From Flaccisagitta enflata (lineage: Eukaryota): 64,000 nucleotides of DNA. The translations under genes were made by a program, and so were the position numbers. Positions 1 through 12,589 of the stretch are shown piece by piece (within the stretch, counting starts at the first letter, position 1; the number at the start of each line of letters is the position of its first letter). The notes under the pieces are model-generated. The model had not been told where the DNA came from and ran no database searches. It saw nothing but the letters and a program-made list of their open reading frames with translations. Location of the stretch: positions 5,766,001-5,830,000 of the forward strand of contig OZ231126.1 of the NCBI GenBank assembly GCA_965153355.1, in the 5' to 3' direction.

Positions 1-462
1 GACTTATTTCTTTTACTGGGGACATCAGGGCTGTTGCCTATTGCCTGTCCCCAATAAGTGTTGGCTGTCCCCAATTAGTGTCGCTTGTCCCCAATAAGCC
101 TCACCCATCCCATTGTAATTCTCTGATTGATGTACTTTCTTTTTTTGCTTCATTCAAACAGAAGCATAAAAAAAAAAAATTTGACAGTTCTTAAGCCTTA
201 GGTAAGCTTTTTTTCTCGCCCTTTTTCTTTTTATCTAGTCATAGTTTTCTTAAATAGTCATGATAATGCAATGTTTACAAAAAACAAATCAAGGCGCGGA
301 ATGCCATGGAAATGAACGAATGAAACATTCAAATGGTAAAAAGTCATCAAGGGGGCAGCAGTGGGGGTTGGTGACAACAGGACGATGACAGAAGTTGGGA
401 TGGAAGACAATTTGACCAAGGAGTAAAGAAATAATGTTAAGGCAGCATTTGATAAGGGGTAG

Positions 463-874
463 ACCTCCCAGAAAAACTCATTTTATGGGAAAATAGTCAT
501 CCCTGCAGCTTTTCTCAAAGAAAATACACCAAAGAATAAGAATTCAGCAGAAAAATTTTTTTTGAAATTTGTTTATGGTGGAAGTGTTAGGCAAGCCCGG
601 GCGATTTTGCATTTTCTTTAACAATACAATACACCATACAATTTTTCAAAGTATTGGGTCAATACAATACAATACCAATACAATACAATATCGTAAAGAA
701 TTGTACCCAATACGTAACAATATTTCAATTCACTTAATAAAATTTTTTAGTTGAATCTTAAATAAATAGTTGAAGCTTTAACTCATTTTTTATATACTTG
801 ATCAAAAAAGAATTTTTTAATATTTTTCAAAACTTTCATACATCAATATTTTCTTTCATATATTTTTTATCTTT

Positions 875-929
<55 letters not shown>

Positions 930-1766
930 CTTGAGTGAACTGACCCAGGATTAGATCTGAGAGAAAATCGATCCTTCCTCCTCCTCATCTTCATTTTCCT
1001 GACCTCATTCTCTTCTTTTTTACTTTTTTTCTGTATTTCCTTAAAAAATTGATCTCTCTTCATCCTCCTCATCTACCTAACCTTATCCTCTTCTTCTTCC
1101 TTACTTTTATTTTTCACCAGTTTGTTTGACCTTTCTAGGAATTCCACTATTTTCTTTTTAAAAAATTATATAATTGTATTGTATTGTAAAAATAACAATA
1201 CCTATAGTAAGTATTGGGTAAACCCAATACTTACAAGTATTGTAAATACAATACAATACCCAATACGAATCGCCCGGCCTTGGTGTTAGGTCAAAGGTGA
1301 TATAAGGTCAAAATTTCAAAATGAGAATTTTGCAAATCTGATTGCAGATTCATGATCCTTGCAAAAAACTGTCATAAGGAAGTGTTCTTCTTTTTGTGAT
1401 ATTCCTTCAGAAAGATTGTCAAAATTGAGGTCAAAGATCTAAATAAGGCCAGTTTTAAACAAAAGCGCAATTTTGACCCAATCTAGATCTTTGACCTTGA
1501 TTTTGACAATGTTCCTGAAGGAATATCAATAAAAGAAGAGCACTTTCTTTTGACAGTTTTTTGCAAGGATTATGAATCTGCATTCAGATTCATAAAATTC
1601 TCATTTTGAAATTCTGACCTTATATCACCTTTGGCCTAATACTTCTGCCATCAAAAAATTTCAAAAAAATTTTTTCCTGCTGAATTCTTATTCAGTGGTG
1701 TATGATCTTCAAAAAAAGCCGCAGGGATTAGTATTTTTTTACAAAATTAGTTATTCTGGGAGACTT
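463..1766. mobile_element. Foldback-type non-autonomous TIR element, interrupted by a hAT MITE
   Basis: CTCCCAGAAAAACTCATTTT... at the left and ...AAAATTAGTTATTCTGGGAG at the right. The arms are inverted copies almost to the centre (~1460). Confidence 0.75.
592..1282. mobile_element. hAT-like MITE
   Basis: TIR CAAGCCCGGGCGATT / AATCGCCCGGCCTTG, perfect 8-bp TSD GTGTTAGG, subterminal CAATA repeats. Confidence 0.88.
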
Positions 1767-2679
1767 AATGAGGGGCATCATGGACAGCAGATGAAAATTC
1801 GAGGAACAACGGGACCAAAGCAGTAGTGAGAATAGAGGGGAAGATAGTAATTAGGTAACAAGGGAGAAAGAGGAGTATGACATTGCTTAGATAGCAGTAG
1901 GGGTACATAAGGAGAACAGGACATGGGTAGCAGGTGGGGTGGTGGAGGTTTAAGAGAAGGCAGCAGTTGTGAGGATCATTGAGTAGCGCATAGAGCACAG
2001 TTTAAGCTGGGGTCATTGGGATTATGGCAGCAGTTGGGGTAGAGGACAATGGGATTTAGGCAGCAGTTGGGGGCGAAAGAGGGGGGCTGGGGTCAATGGA
2101 ATCATGGTAGCAGCTGGGGTAGAGGACAATGGGATTGAGGCAGCAGTTGGGGTGAAAGAGGGGGGCGGTGGTCATTGGGATAAAGGCAGTAGTTGGGGTA
2201 GAGGACAATGGGATTAAGGCAGCAGTTGGGGTAGAGGACAATGGGATTTAGGCAGCAGTTGAGTTGTAAGAGGGGGGACGATTCAAGTAGCAGTTGAGGA
2301 ATAGGAAGCAGTTGAGGAAAAGGAAAAACACTTTTTTTGAAGAGAAGTAACACTCATAAGTCTAGCAAGTGATAAACAAGCAGAACTAGCCAGACAAGCA
2401 GCGCCAAGATTAAAAGGACAATATCATGAGAAAAAGAGGTAGGTGACATAGATCATTGATTGGAGACAAGATAAACAAGGAAGGAATAACCAGTCTTGAA
2501 TAGGAATAAAATTGTGTCCTTATTCTCAAAGCATGTCTTGATAAAGAATTCATTAACCCAATCACTTCTTGAAATTATTTGTAAGGAAAGGATGTAAAAA
2601 TGATATGAGCTTCTGACAGATAAAGCGAGCTTTTGAGGCAAGATAAAACATGTGTTTAACACTTAAGAATAAGCAACGC

Positions 2680-3372
2680 TTAATGGGGACGGGCAACACA
2701 ATGGGGACAGGTGACGCCTAATGGAGACAAGCGACGCTTAATGGGGACAAGCGACGCTTAATGGGGACAAGCGACGCTTAATGGGGACAAGCAATACTTG
2801 ATGGGGACAAGGGACACTTGATGGGGACAAGCGACACTTGATGGGGACAAGCGACACTTGATGGGGACAAGCGACACTTGATGGGGACAAGCGACACTTG
2901 ATGGGGACAAGCGACACTTGATGGGGACAAGCGACACTTGATGGGGACAAGCGACACTTGATGGGGACAAGCGACACTTAATGGGGACAAGCGACACTTA
3001 ATGGGGACAAGCGACACTTAATGGGGACAAGCGACACTTATGGGGACAAGCGACACTTAATGGGGACAAGCGACACTTAATGGGGACAAGCGACACTTAA
3101 TGGGGACAAGCGACACTTAATGGGGACAAGCGACACTTAATGGGGACAAGCGACACTTAATGGGGACAAGCGACACTTAATGGTGACAAGCAACACTTAA
3201 TGGGGACAATCGACTCTTTATGGGGACAAGCAACACTTTATGGGGACAAGCGACACTTAATGGGGACAAGCGACACTTAATGGGGACAAGCGACACTTAA
3301 TGGGGACAAGCGACATTAATGGGGACAAGCAACACCAATGGGTACAAGCAACACTTATGGGGACAAGCGACA
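2680..3372 (+). repeat. 20-bp minisatellite (TTAATGGGGACAAGCGACAC)n, about 33 units
   Basis: Directly visible. Inverted units occur at ~40-100. Confidence 0.95.
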
Positions 3373-3423
3373 ATCTGTCAGGTTGTATGGGACCTGGACA
3401 AAGAACAACCAACAACCCCCCTA

Positions 3424-3800
3424 GTTGTATCTGCCAGGTTGTACCACGCTGGTTGTACCACGCTGGTTGTACCACGCTGGTTGTACCACGCTGGTTGTAC
3501 CACGCTGGTTGTACCACGCTGGTTGTATCACGCTGGTTGTATCACGCTGGTTGTATCACGCTGGTTGTATCACGCTGGTTGTATCACGCTGGTTGTATCA
3601 CGCTGGTTGTACCATGCTGTTTGTATCACCTTGGTTGTACTGCGCTGTTTGTATCACGCTGGTTGTATCATGGTTGTATCACACTGGTTGTATCACAATT
3701 GCATCACGCTGGTTGTATCACGCTGGTTGTATTACGCTGGTTGTATCACACTGGTTGTATCACATTGGTTGTTTCTCCTTGGTTGTATTTCTGGTTGTAT
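3424..3800 (+). repeat. 14-bp minisatellite (GGTTGTAYCACGCT)n
   Basis: Directly visible, degenerating toward the 3' end. Confidence 0.95.
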
Positions 3801-3854
3801 CTCTCTTATTGACTCGGGCAATGAAAATTCTTAAGTCTGGTATAGCATGAAATA

Positions 3855-5395
3855 CTTCTTAATTTGTTCCCCCTACATAAATTAGCTAATATCTCATGAA
3901 CCAGACTTCAGATATCATTCGAATTATGCAGCGGCTGATTATTTAGTGACCCTTACTTGTATACCAAATTAAAAAAAGAAATTCACATAAGTTTACTACC
4001 CTCTGCCTATGTAAATCGCCTAAGTCCCAGTAACATATTACTACTTAAATTAGCTAATATCTCATGAACCAGACTTCAGATTTGATTCAAATTTTGCAGG
4101 GGCTGATCATTCAGTGACCCTTTCTTGTATACCAAATTAAATATAGTTGAAGATGATGACAGTAGTTGAAGATGATGACAGTAGCTGAAGATGACAATAG
4201 CTGAAGATGATGACAGTAGCTGAAGATGATGACAGTAGCTGAAGATGATGACAGTAGCTGAAGATGATGACAGTAGCTGAAGATGATGACAGTAGTTGAA
4301 GATGAATCCTGAAATCCATGATGGCAAACTTAAAGAAAAAAATTTAAAAAAAAAAGTTTCAAAAAAAAAAGTTTCAAAAAAAAAAAATTCAAAAAAAAAA
4401 TCCAAAAAAAAATCCAAAAAAATATTCAAAAAAAAATTTTTCAAAATTTTTTTTCAAAGTTTAAGATGATGACGGTAGTTGAAGATGATGACAGTAGTTG
4501 AAGATGATGACAGTAGTTGAAGATGATGACAGTAGTTGAAAATGATGACAGTAGTTGAAGATGATGACAGTAGTTGAAGATGATGACAGTAGTTGAAGAT
4601 GATGACAGTAGTTGAAGATGATGACAGTAGTTGAAGATGATGACAGTAGTTGAAGATGATGACAGTAGCTGAAAATGATGACAGTAGCTGAAGATGACAG
4701 TAGCTGAAGATGATGACAGTAGTTGAAGATGAATCCTGTAATCCATGATGGCAAACTTAAAGAAAAAAAATGAATGAGCAAGTAAAAAAATTCATCAACT
4801 CCAACCTTCTATATAAATCGCATAAGTCCTAGTAACATATTACTACATAAATTAGCTAATATCTCATGAACCAGACTTCAGATATCATTCGAATTATGCA
4901 GCGGCTGATTATTTAGTGACCCTTACTTGTATACCAAATTAAAAAAAGAAATTCACATAAGTTTACTACCCTCTGCCTATGTAAATCGCCTAAGTCCCAG
5001 TAACATATTACTACTTAAATTAGCTAATATCTCATGAACCAGACTTCAGATTTGATTCAAATTTTGCAGGGGCTGATCATTCAGTGACCCTTTCTTGTAT
5101 ACCAAATTAAAAAAAAATTCACATAAGTTTACTACCCTCTGCCTATGTAAATCGCCTAAGTCCAGTAAAATATTACCATAGAAATAATAGGCAAAGGGTA
5201 GTAAAAGTTAGTGAATTTTTCTGAAAATTGGTACACAAGCTCCTATTGACCTATAAACAACACCAGCAAAGTTTCATAAATTTCTGAAGTCTGGTTCCAA
5301 AAATATGAGAGGGTTTTAAACAAACAGACAGACAAACAGACTACACATCACTGCTACTTCATAGTCACCGACGAAAACTGTTTGTCGGGGACAAA
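3855..5395 (+). repeat. Complex repeat: duplicated ~280-bp blocks with two 18-bp arrays (GAAGATGATGACAGTAGY) and a Helentron-like hairpin terminus
   Basis: 3870-4140 recurs at 4845-5110. Arrays at ~4145-4303 and ~4463-4731. Ends with (CAGA)n then GTCACCGAC...GTCGGGGAC + poly-A. Confidence 0.7.
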
Positions 5396-6919
5396 AAAAA
5401 AAAAAAAAAAATTAATCTGCATCAAAAAATCTTCAAAATGAGTTCAATCTGGTCTCTGTAGCTCAAACCGTTTGATAAATCATATCGCACCCTTTTTGAT
5501 TCCATAACTATTTCCTAGATAGTACTTTGCCTACTTGGCCTTGTTTACGTCACAAGTTGTATTCACTTGCCAACACATGGGGCCACAAATTGTCAAATTA
5601 GCAATTATCAGCAAAATTCAAGTTAATTCCATATTGGGTATGATCGTTTCTAATCCCTGTTTTTGCTTAGGTGCGTCCTCGCACTTCTATAAGAGGTCAT
5701 GTCCGTCAGTTGGTTGGTTGATTGGTTGGTTGGTCGGTAACGCAAACGTTTGAAATGTGCAAATTGGCTGATCCTGATGTTTTTCTTCATTCCTATCACC
5801 TCTCATGCTTTACCACATTCATTTTCATTCATTCATAAATTCATCAAAATTGTTCATTCACAAATTCTTAATCAAGCAAGGCGCACTTATTGGCCATTAC
5901 TTGGCCTTGTTCTTGAAAATTAGGTTTATTAGGTATTGTTTAGAGGAATATTCGCTTAGGGGAGTTGTTTGACAAGTGGAACAATATCCCTCACCATACC
6001 CAAACTGAAATAAATGGAAGAGGGCCTTGAGAACCCCCGCTGACTACTTATTACGCGCACCACTCCAAGTTTTCCATAAAACACATTCAGAAAATCAAAC
6101 TTTCTCAATCTAACCTATGAGTTTGAGATCATCATTTCTTAGGCCTAAACATCTGATTTTGCTTGTGAATAGAATCTGTATCACTTTGAGTCCAAATTGT
6201 TTTTTCAATCAATCTCATTTTCGAAGCTTAAATTCTTTTACCTATTTTATTGAATGAAATTGTATATTTAAGAAGTAGGACATTGAATTTAACCAAAAGG
6301 CAATGTCAGTCAACTGTATTTTTTGTTGAAATTTAAAATCCATTTTCCAAATTGTTTTTGCTTATCTACTAGATATCTTTGTTTAGCTTTGCTCATAGGT
6401 AAGAAGGCAGAAAAACATGATAAATCTGATAGTATGTGATATTAACAAGGGAACACCGAAAGTCGGACTTATAGCGTTGGGAAAAAAGCGTGCCTCGGAC
6501 CTATAGAATTTTCTGCCACCCTGCATGTATTCAGGTCACTGGGATGACATTTGCGGCATCATTGTTTAAAAGAACTATAAAGTTAGTCTCATTCGACCTC
6601 GTATGTCGTAGGCAAAAGGTAGGTTAACGGATTGGCTTAAAGGTTGTCAGAGGAGAGCAGGAGAGGGAAAATGGTAGGAGGAAGATATTAAGATTAGGGA
6701 GAGTAGGCCGTGGGAGAGGTGTTGACTGTCGAGGTGATAATAGTTTCAGAACAAAGGGCAGTGGCAACGGAAAACATGGCCGGTTTACGCGGCAACCTTA
6801 CTAAAGGAAAGGCAGAGGTAATGATGGAGCCGGAGGGGGCCAGACGACGATTCAAAAACGACGTGACAGAAGGACGAACGGACGGACCGACAAGTGGCTT
6901 ATAGAGTCACTCAGCACGC

Positions 6920-9848
6920 GACCCATTTTCTACCTGTAAAAATGGGGCTAGGTACTCTTTGTGGAGCTCAATCGATTTGTCTTTTCATGCTGAATCGATT
7001 GATACCCATAATGACCATGATATCAAAATTTTTGGCTACTACCTGGCGTCATTTCCGCCACGTGCGTCAAAATGCGCCAAATTCACGTAAATTCATTGGT
7101 TTTTCACTATAAGCAGCTCAAATACAAAGTGCATCCAAGTTACAAAGATGATCAATCATGTCATATATGGGTTAAAATGATAGGCATAGTCTAGGGGAAT
7201 ATGTTTTCAGGGATAAACCTCTGGGGCCCCCTCGCAAGGGCTCTAAAGGGCTAATTTTGGGCCAAAATAGGCCAAAAAAGTGCAAAAAATGGATTTCTTC
7301 CATTTAAGAGCGGAATAATGATTACCTGGCTACTAATAAAGCTTTAAATGATGAACATGAACTGGAGGAACGTGTTTCTTGGTGAAATAATCTCTGGGGC
7401 CCCCTCCCAGGATCCCTAAAAGGCTATTTTTTTGCAAAAATAAGCCAAAAAATGGATTTCTTCTGTTTCAGCAAAGAATAATGATTACCTGGCTACTAAC
7501 AAAGCTTCAAATGATTACCATGGACTGGAGGAACGTGTTTCTGGGTGAAACAATCTCTGGGATCCCCTCCCAGGGGCCCTTAAGGGCTATTTTTGAGCAA
7601 AAAATAGGCCAAAAAATGGATTTCTTCTACTTAAGCAAAGAATAACGATCACCTGGCTACTAACAAGGCTTCAAATGATTAACATGGACTGGAGAAACGT
7701 GTTTCTGGGTGGAACAATCTTTGAGGCCCCCTCCCAGGGGACCTAAAGGGCTATTTTTGAGCAAAAATATGGCAAAAAATGGATTTCTTCTGTATAAGCA
7801 AAGAATAATGATTACCTGGCTACTAACAAAGCTTCAAATGATGAACATGGACTGGAGGAACGTGTTTCTGTGTGAAACAATCTCTGGGGCCCCCTCCCAG
7901 GAGCCCTAAAGGACCATTTTTGATCCAAAATAGGGCAAAAAATGGATTTCTTTTGTTTAAGCAAATAAAAATGATTACCTGGCTACTAACAAAGCTTCAA
8001 ATGATGAACATTGACTGGAGGAATGTGTTTCAGTGTTTCATGTGTACACAGTAGAGTATTCTGTAGGGTATCCTGAGGGCCCTAGGGGTTTCTAGGAGCC
8101 TCTAGAGAAAAGAACTTTAGCAGTCAAACTCCAGAATATCTAGTTTTTTGTCTTGAGATTATCAAAAGTTGCTAAGGTAATCTTTTTTTTACTGGTTCAG
8201 TACACAATCATGTTGAATTTTTTTTATTAGATAAGTAATGACTGACATACTACCAATGACATACTACCAATGACATACTACCAATGACATACTACCAATG
8301 ACATACTACCAATGACATACTACCAATGAAAAACTACATAAACTACCAAAGACAGAATTGATAATCAAATGAGCTTAAATTGATTGAGAAAAAAAATATC
8401 ATGTATGCATGGCATGACATAAACATTATCAACAAGGAGCAGATAAACAAAAATCAAGCTATGATCTCTTTTCTAAAAGCTGAAATATGAAAATTAAGGG
8501 AGAAAGTCTGATAAGTATAGGGCCGCCAAACCCATACCCATCAAATTAAAGAAATGCAAAGAAACATCTTAATCTGTCTAGCAAAATGAAAAAAAAAAGT
8601 TTAAATTGACTAGTGAATTAGCAGAGGTATCATCAAATTCTGTGAGAAAAATTATGACTAGTCTGACTAGTTAAGAAGAAATTTGGTGGAGTAAACAGCC
8701 ATTTCAGATGTCTTTCTGAAAACAACATGTCAGTACGTCTGTCTGCCTGACTTTTTTTAAAAGTGCCAACGCACACGACTTAAGCCTAATGACCTTGATA
8801 TACTTGCATCTTCTGTTGGTTGCATCCAACACAGTTTCAGTGTCAATTGACTGATGGGTCTTTTGGGGTTGTACAGTTAGTCAGTTTGTAGGTGACTATC
8901 TGTTCATCTGTCTGTCCATCCATCTGTCTCTGTTCGTCTGTCTGTCCATCCATCCCTCCATCCTGCAGTGCTTTTATTTTTTTTCGATTCCATTATATTT
9001 GTCAAATAGAAATTATTCTTTTTTATGCAAAAGCAATTATTGAAGATGGCGAAAATGGCGAAAACACGTTCCTCTAGTCCATGTTAATCATTTGAAGCTT
9101 TGTTTGTAGCCAGGTAATCGTTATTCTTTGCTTAAGTAGAAGAAATCCATTTTTTGGCCTATTTTTGCTCAAAAATAGCCCTTAAGGGCCCCTGGGAGGG
9201 GGTCCTAAAGATTGTTTTCACCCAGAAACACGTTCCTCCAGTCCATGATAATCATTTGAAGCTTTGTTAGTAGCCAGGTAATCATTATTTTTTGCTGAAA
9301 CAGAAGAAATCCATTTTTTGGCCTATTTTTGCTCACAAATAGCCTTTTAGGGCCCCTGGGAGGGAGCCCCAGAGATTGTTTCACCAAGAAACACGTTCCT
9401 CCAGTTCATGTTCATCATTTAAAGCTTTATTAGTAGCCAGGTAATCATTATTCTGTGCTTAAATGGAAGATATCCATTTTTTGTACTATTTTGGCCTATT
9501 TTGGCCCAAAATTAGCCCTTTAGAGCCCTTGCGAGGGGGCCCCAGAGGTTTTTATCCCTGAAAACATATTCCCTAGACTATGCCCATCATTTTGACCCAT
9601 AATATGACATGATTGATCATTTTTGTAACTTGGATGCACTTTGTATTGGAGCTGCTTATAGTGAAAAACCAATGAATTTACGTGAATTTGGCGCATTTTG
9701 ACGCACGTGGCGGAAATGACGCCAGGTAGTAGCCAAAAATTTTGATATCATGGTCATTATGGGTATCAATCGATTCAGCAAGAAAAGACGAATCGATTGA
9801 GCTCCACAAAGAGTACCTAGCTCCATTTTTACAGGTAGAAAATGGGTC
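6920..9848. mobile_element. Mutator/Foldback-like non-autonomous element with ~790-bp TIRs containing 120-bp tandem subrepeats
   Basis: GACCCATTTTCTACCTGTAAAAATGG at 6920 and its reverse complement ending 9848. Flanking direct repeat ACTCAGCACGC (6909-6919, 9849-9859). Internal 14-bp array near 8243-8328. No transposase ORF. Confidence 0.88.
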
Positions 9849-9873
9849 ACTCAGCACGCGACCAGAGACTCAT

Positions 9874-10071
9874 CTTAAAGCGGTGATGAGTTCTGGATCT
9901 TCGGTGAATTTGTGGGCGAGGAGATATTCTGTAAGGACGAGGTAGCCAATCTGCCAGACGAGATAAGAGACGAGCGGGAAAACGATGAAATCGGCGAGAG
10001 TAAAACGAAGCAAAGCCCCCGAAGGAGAAGTGGAGTCCATAGCACGAGACAACTCAGGGATGAAACTCCAT
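9874..10071 (-). CDS. GPC1: GPCAT exon 8, WSFIPELSRAMDSTSPSGALLRFTLADFIVFPLVSYLVWQIGYLVLTEYLLAHKFTEDPELITALR; last exon visible
   Basis: Long pyrimidine tract + cccag| acceptor in phase with exon 7. Has the YxxWQxxY motif. The 3' boundary reads AG|ATGAGT, not GT. Confidence 0.85.
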
Positions 10072-10381
10072 CTGGGTTTAGGAATGGAGAGGAGGGGGGG
10101 GGGGAGAGGAGGAGAGATGAAGAAGATATATGGTGAGGGGTTAAAGAGAGACACTAAAAGGTCAATCCCGACAAATTAAGAGCAAATCCAGATCAAAAAT
10201 AGAGAATTTACTTGTTTAAAATAACTTCATCAGAAATCGCACAAATATTCTTATTTTGTGCACCTAACAAATGATACTTTTTCTCTTTCACACAATGTAG
10301 ATTAAAGACACCGATTCTTTCACAGAAAGAAGGAACAATTTTAAGATTGTACATAATGATCTCAGAATGAAGAAGGCAAAC

Positions 10382-10518
10382 CTGGTCAAGTGCAGAGACA
10401 TGGGAGGCAACGCGTGAAGAAAGAAAGAAGTGACTTTGTCCAAAGAGTGGAACACGAGACTGTTACGCCACACGATAATGGCGCAACACAGCGGACCCAT
10501 GGCGAAGATGTAGTTGAT
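10382..10518 (-). CDS. GPC1: GPCAT exon 7, INYIFAMGPLCCAIIVWRNSLVFHSLDKVTSFFLHALPPMSLHLTR
   Basis: Contains the signature WRNSLVFHSxDKxTSxxxH of GPC1/GPCAT (DUF2838). ctctcag| acceptor, AG|GTTTGC donor. Confidence 0.95.
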
Positions 10519-11660
10519 CTGAGAGAAGATAAAGATACAGCTATTGGCTAAATGCAACACGAGGCTGTTACGCCACACAATAATGGCGCAACACAGCGGA
10601 CCCATGGCGAAGATGTAGTTGATCTGAGAGAAGATAAAGATACAGCTATTGGCTAAGTGCAACACGAGGCTGTTACGCCACACGATAATGGCGCAACACA
10701 GCGGACCCATGGCGAAGATGTAGTTGATCTGAGAGAAGATAAAGATACAGCTATTGGCTAAATGCAACACGAGGCTGTTACGCCACACGATAATGGCGCA
10801 ACACAGCGGACCCATGGCGAAGATGTAGTTGATCTGAGAGAAGATAAAGATACAGCTATTGGCTAATTGCAAACGAGGCTGTTACGCTACACGATAATCG
10901 CGCAACACAATGGACCCATGGCGAAGATGTAGTTGATCTGAGAGAAGGTAAAGATACAGCTATTGGCTAAATGCAACACGAGGCTGTTACGCCACACAAT
11001 AATGGTGCAACACAATGGACCCATGGCGAAGATGTAGTTGATCTGAGAGAAGATATAAAGATACAGCTATTGGCTAAGTGCAACACGAGACTGTTACGCC
11101 ACACGATAATGGCGCAACACAAAAGACCCATGGTGAAGATGTAGTTGATCTGAGAGAAGATAAAGATACAGCTATTTGCCAATTGCAAACAAGGCTATTA
11201 CGCCACACGATAATGGCGCAACACAACGGACCCATGGCGAAGATGTAGTTGATCTGAGAGAAGGTAAAGATACAGCTATTGGCTAAATGCAACACGAGGC
11301 TGTTACGCCACACAATAATGGTGCAACACAATGGACCCATGGCGAAGATGTAGTTGATCTGAGAGAAGATATAAAGATACAGCTATTGGCTAAGTGCAAC
11401 ACGAGACTGTTACGCCACACGATAATGGCGCAACACAACGGACCCATGGCGAAGATGTAGTTGATCTGAGAGAAGATAAAGATACAGCTATTTGCCAAAT
11501 GCAAACAAGGCTATTACGCCACACGATAATGGCGCAACACAACGGACCCATGGCGAAGATGTAGTTGATCTGAGAGAAGATAAAGATACAGCTATTGGCT
11601 AATTGCAAACGAGGCTGTTACGCCACACGATAATTGCGCAACAAACCGGACCCATGGCGA
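10452..11660 (-). repeat. Tandem array of 104-107 bp units (11 full + 1 partial), each = intron 3' end + first ~69 nt of GPCAT exon 7
   Basis: Unit TTGCATTTAGCCAATAGCTGTATCTTTATCTTCTCTCAG|ATCAACTACATCTTCGCCATGGG... Exon-start positions 10518, 10623, 10728, 10833, 10937, 11042, 11149, 11253, 11358, 11465, 11569. Confidence 0.95.
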
Positions 11661-11807
11661 GGAAAAACGAAATGATGGCGAGTTACACAAGTTTTATGCC
11701 ACAATGATGACAAAACACAGCGCGACGCTGCGAAGATACAATTGTTCTAAAGGTAAAAGAAGTTTAGATACTATGACATGCATAGAGAGACTATTAATGG
11801 TTCTTAC

Positions 11808-11975
11808 CTTAAACCATACGCAATTCGACGGCGCGAGGAAGTACTGAAGACAAACTGACATATTGACGTAATAGCAGAAATCGAGCATGAAGTACTGAAA
11901 CTTGTCCGCCTTGTAGGATATGTAACGCCAAGTCAACAACACCGCCATCAGCAGAAAGTAAAACGCTGGGAAATA
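11808..11975 (-). CDS. GPC1: GPCAT exon 6, YFPAFYFLLMAVLLTWRYISYKADKFQYFMLDFCYYVNMSVCLQYFLAPSNCVWFK
   Basis: ttccag| acceptor, AAG|GTAAGA donor, 168 nt. Contains the family motif YFxxDFCYxVN. Confidence 0.92.
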
Positions 11976-12441
11976 CTGGAAAAATTCAGGGAGGGAAGGA
12001 AGGGGGGAGAGAGACATTAGGGCGAAAGAGAGTTAAGGTGAAAGATAGACTGAAAGACAGATAGAAAGACAGACAAAGACAAACAGAAAGACAAACAGTG
12101 GGTCAGACAGAAAGACAGACAAAGAAAGACAGAAAGAAGGACAGATAGAAATACTGAGAGAAAGACAAAGGAAAGAGACAGAAAGATAGACCAAAAGACA
12201 GACAGACAGACAAAGAGACAGAAAGACAGACAGGAAGACCGACAGATAGACAAAAACATTACATAGTGAGTTACTCCATACAATCCTAAATTCTTAGGTG
12301 TCAAACCAGATAGCACATTCTCAGCCTGGGCCAGACAAGCGACCATGGACGACGATTCGTATGGGGAAATGAGGCACACTTGTTGGACTTATCAACTTAA
12401 TTAGATTAAGTCACTTAAGTACAGAACAGTTCAGTACTCAC

Positions 12442-12525
12442 TGATGGCATCCGAAGAGCGATCCATTCCGATAGAACGATGACCACCACGCCCAGAGTAA
12501 ACGAAAGTTTATCGATAAACTTCAC
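12442..12525 (-). CDS. GPC1: GPCAT exon 5, VKFIDKLSFTLGVVVIVLSEWIALRMPS
   Basis: cgtag| acceptor, TCA|GTGAGT donor, 84 nt. The DKLSFxxGV stretch resembles the first transmembrane region of the GPC1 family. Confidence 0.85.
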
Positions 12526-12589
12526 CTACGAACAAAATTTATAGGCCATCTTCAGGGCCGGTCCTCAAGTCAGTTGGTCAACATAACAT

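Noticed and set aside
2680..3850. ORFs in all frames over the 20-bp and 14-bp arrays; superficial CRISPR-like look
   Set aside because: Pure tandem repeats with no unique spacers and no cas genes, in a eukaryotic context. The ORFs are repeat translations.
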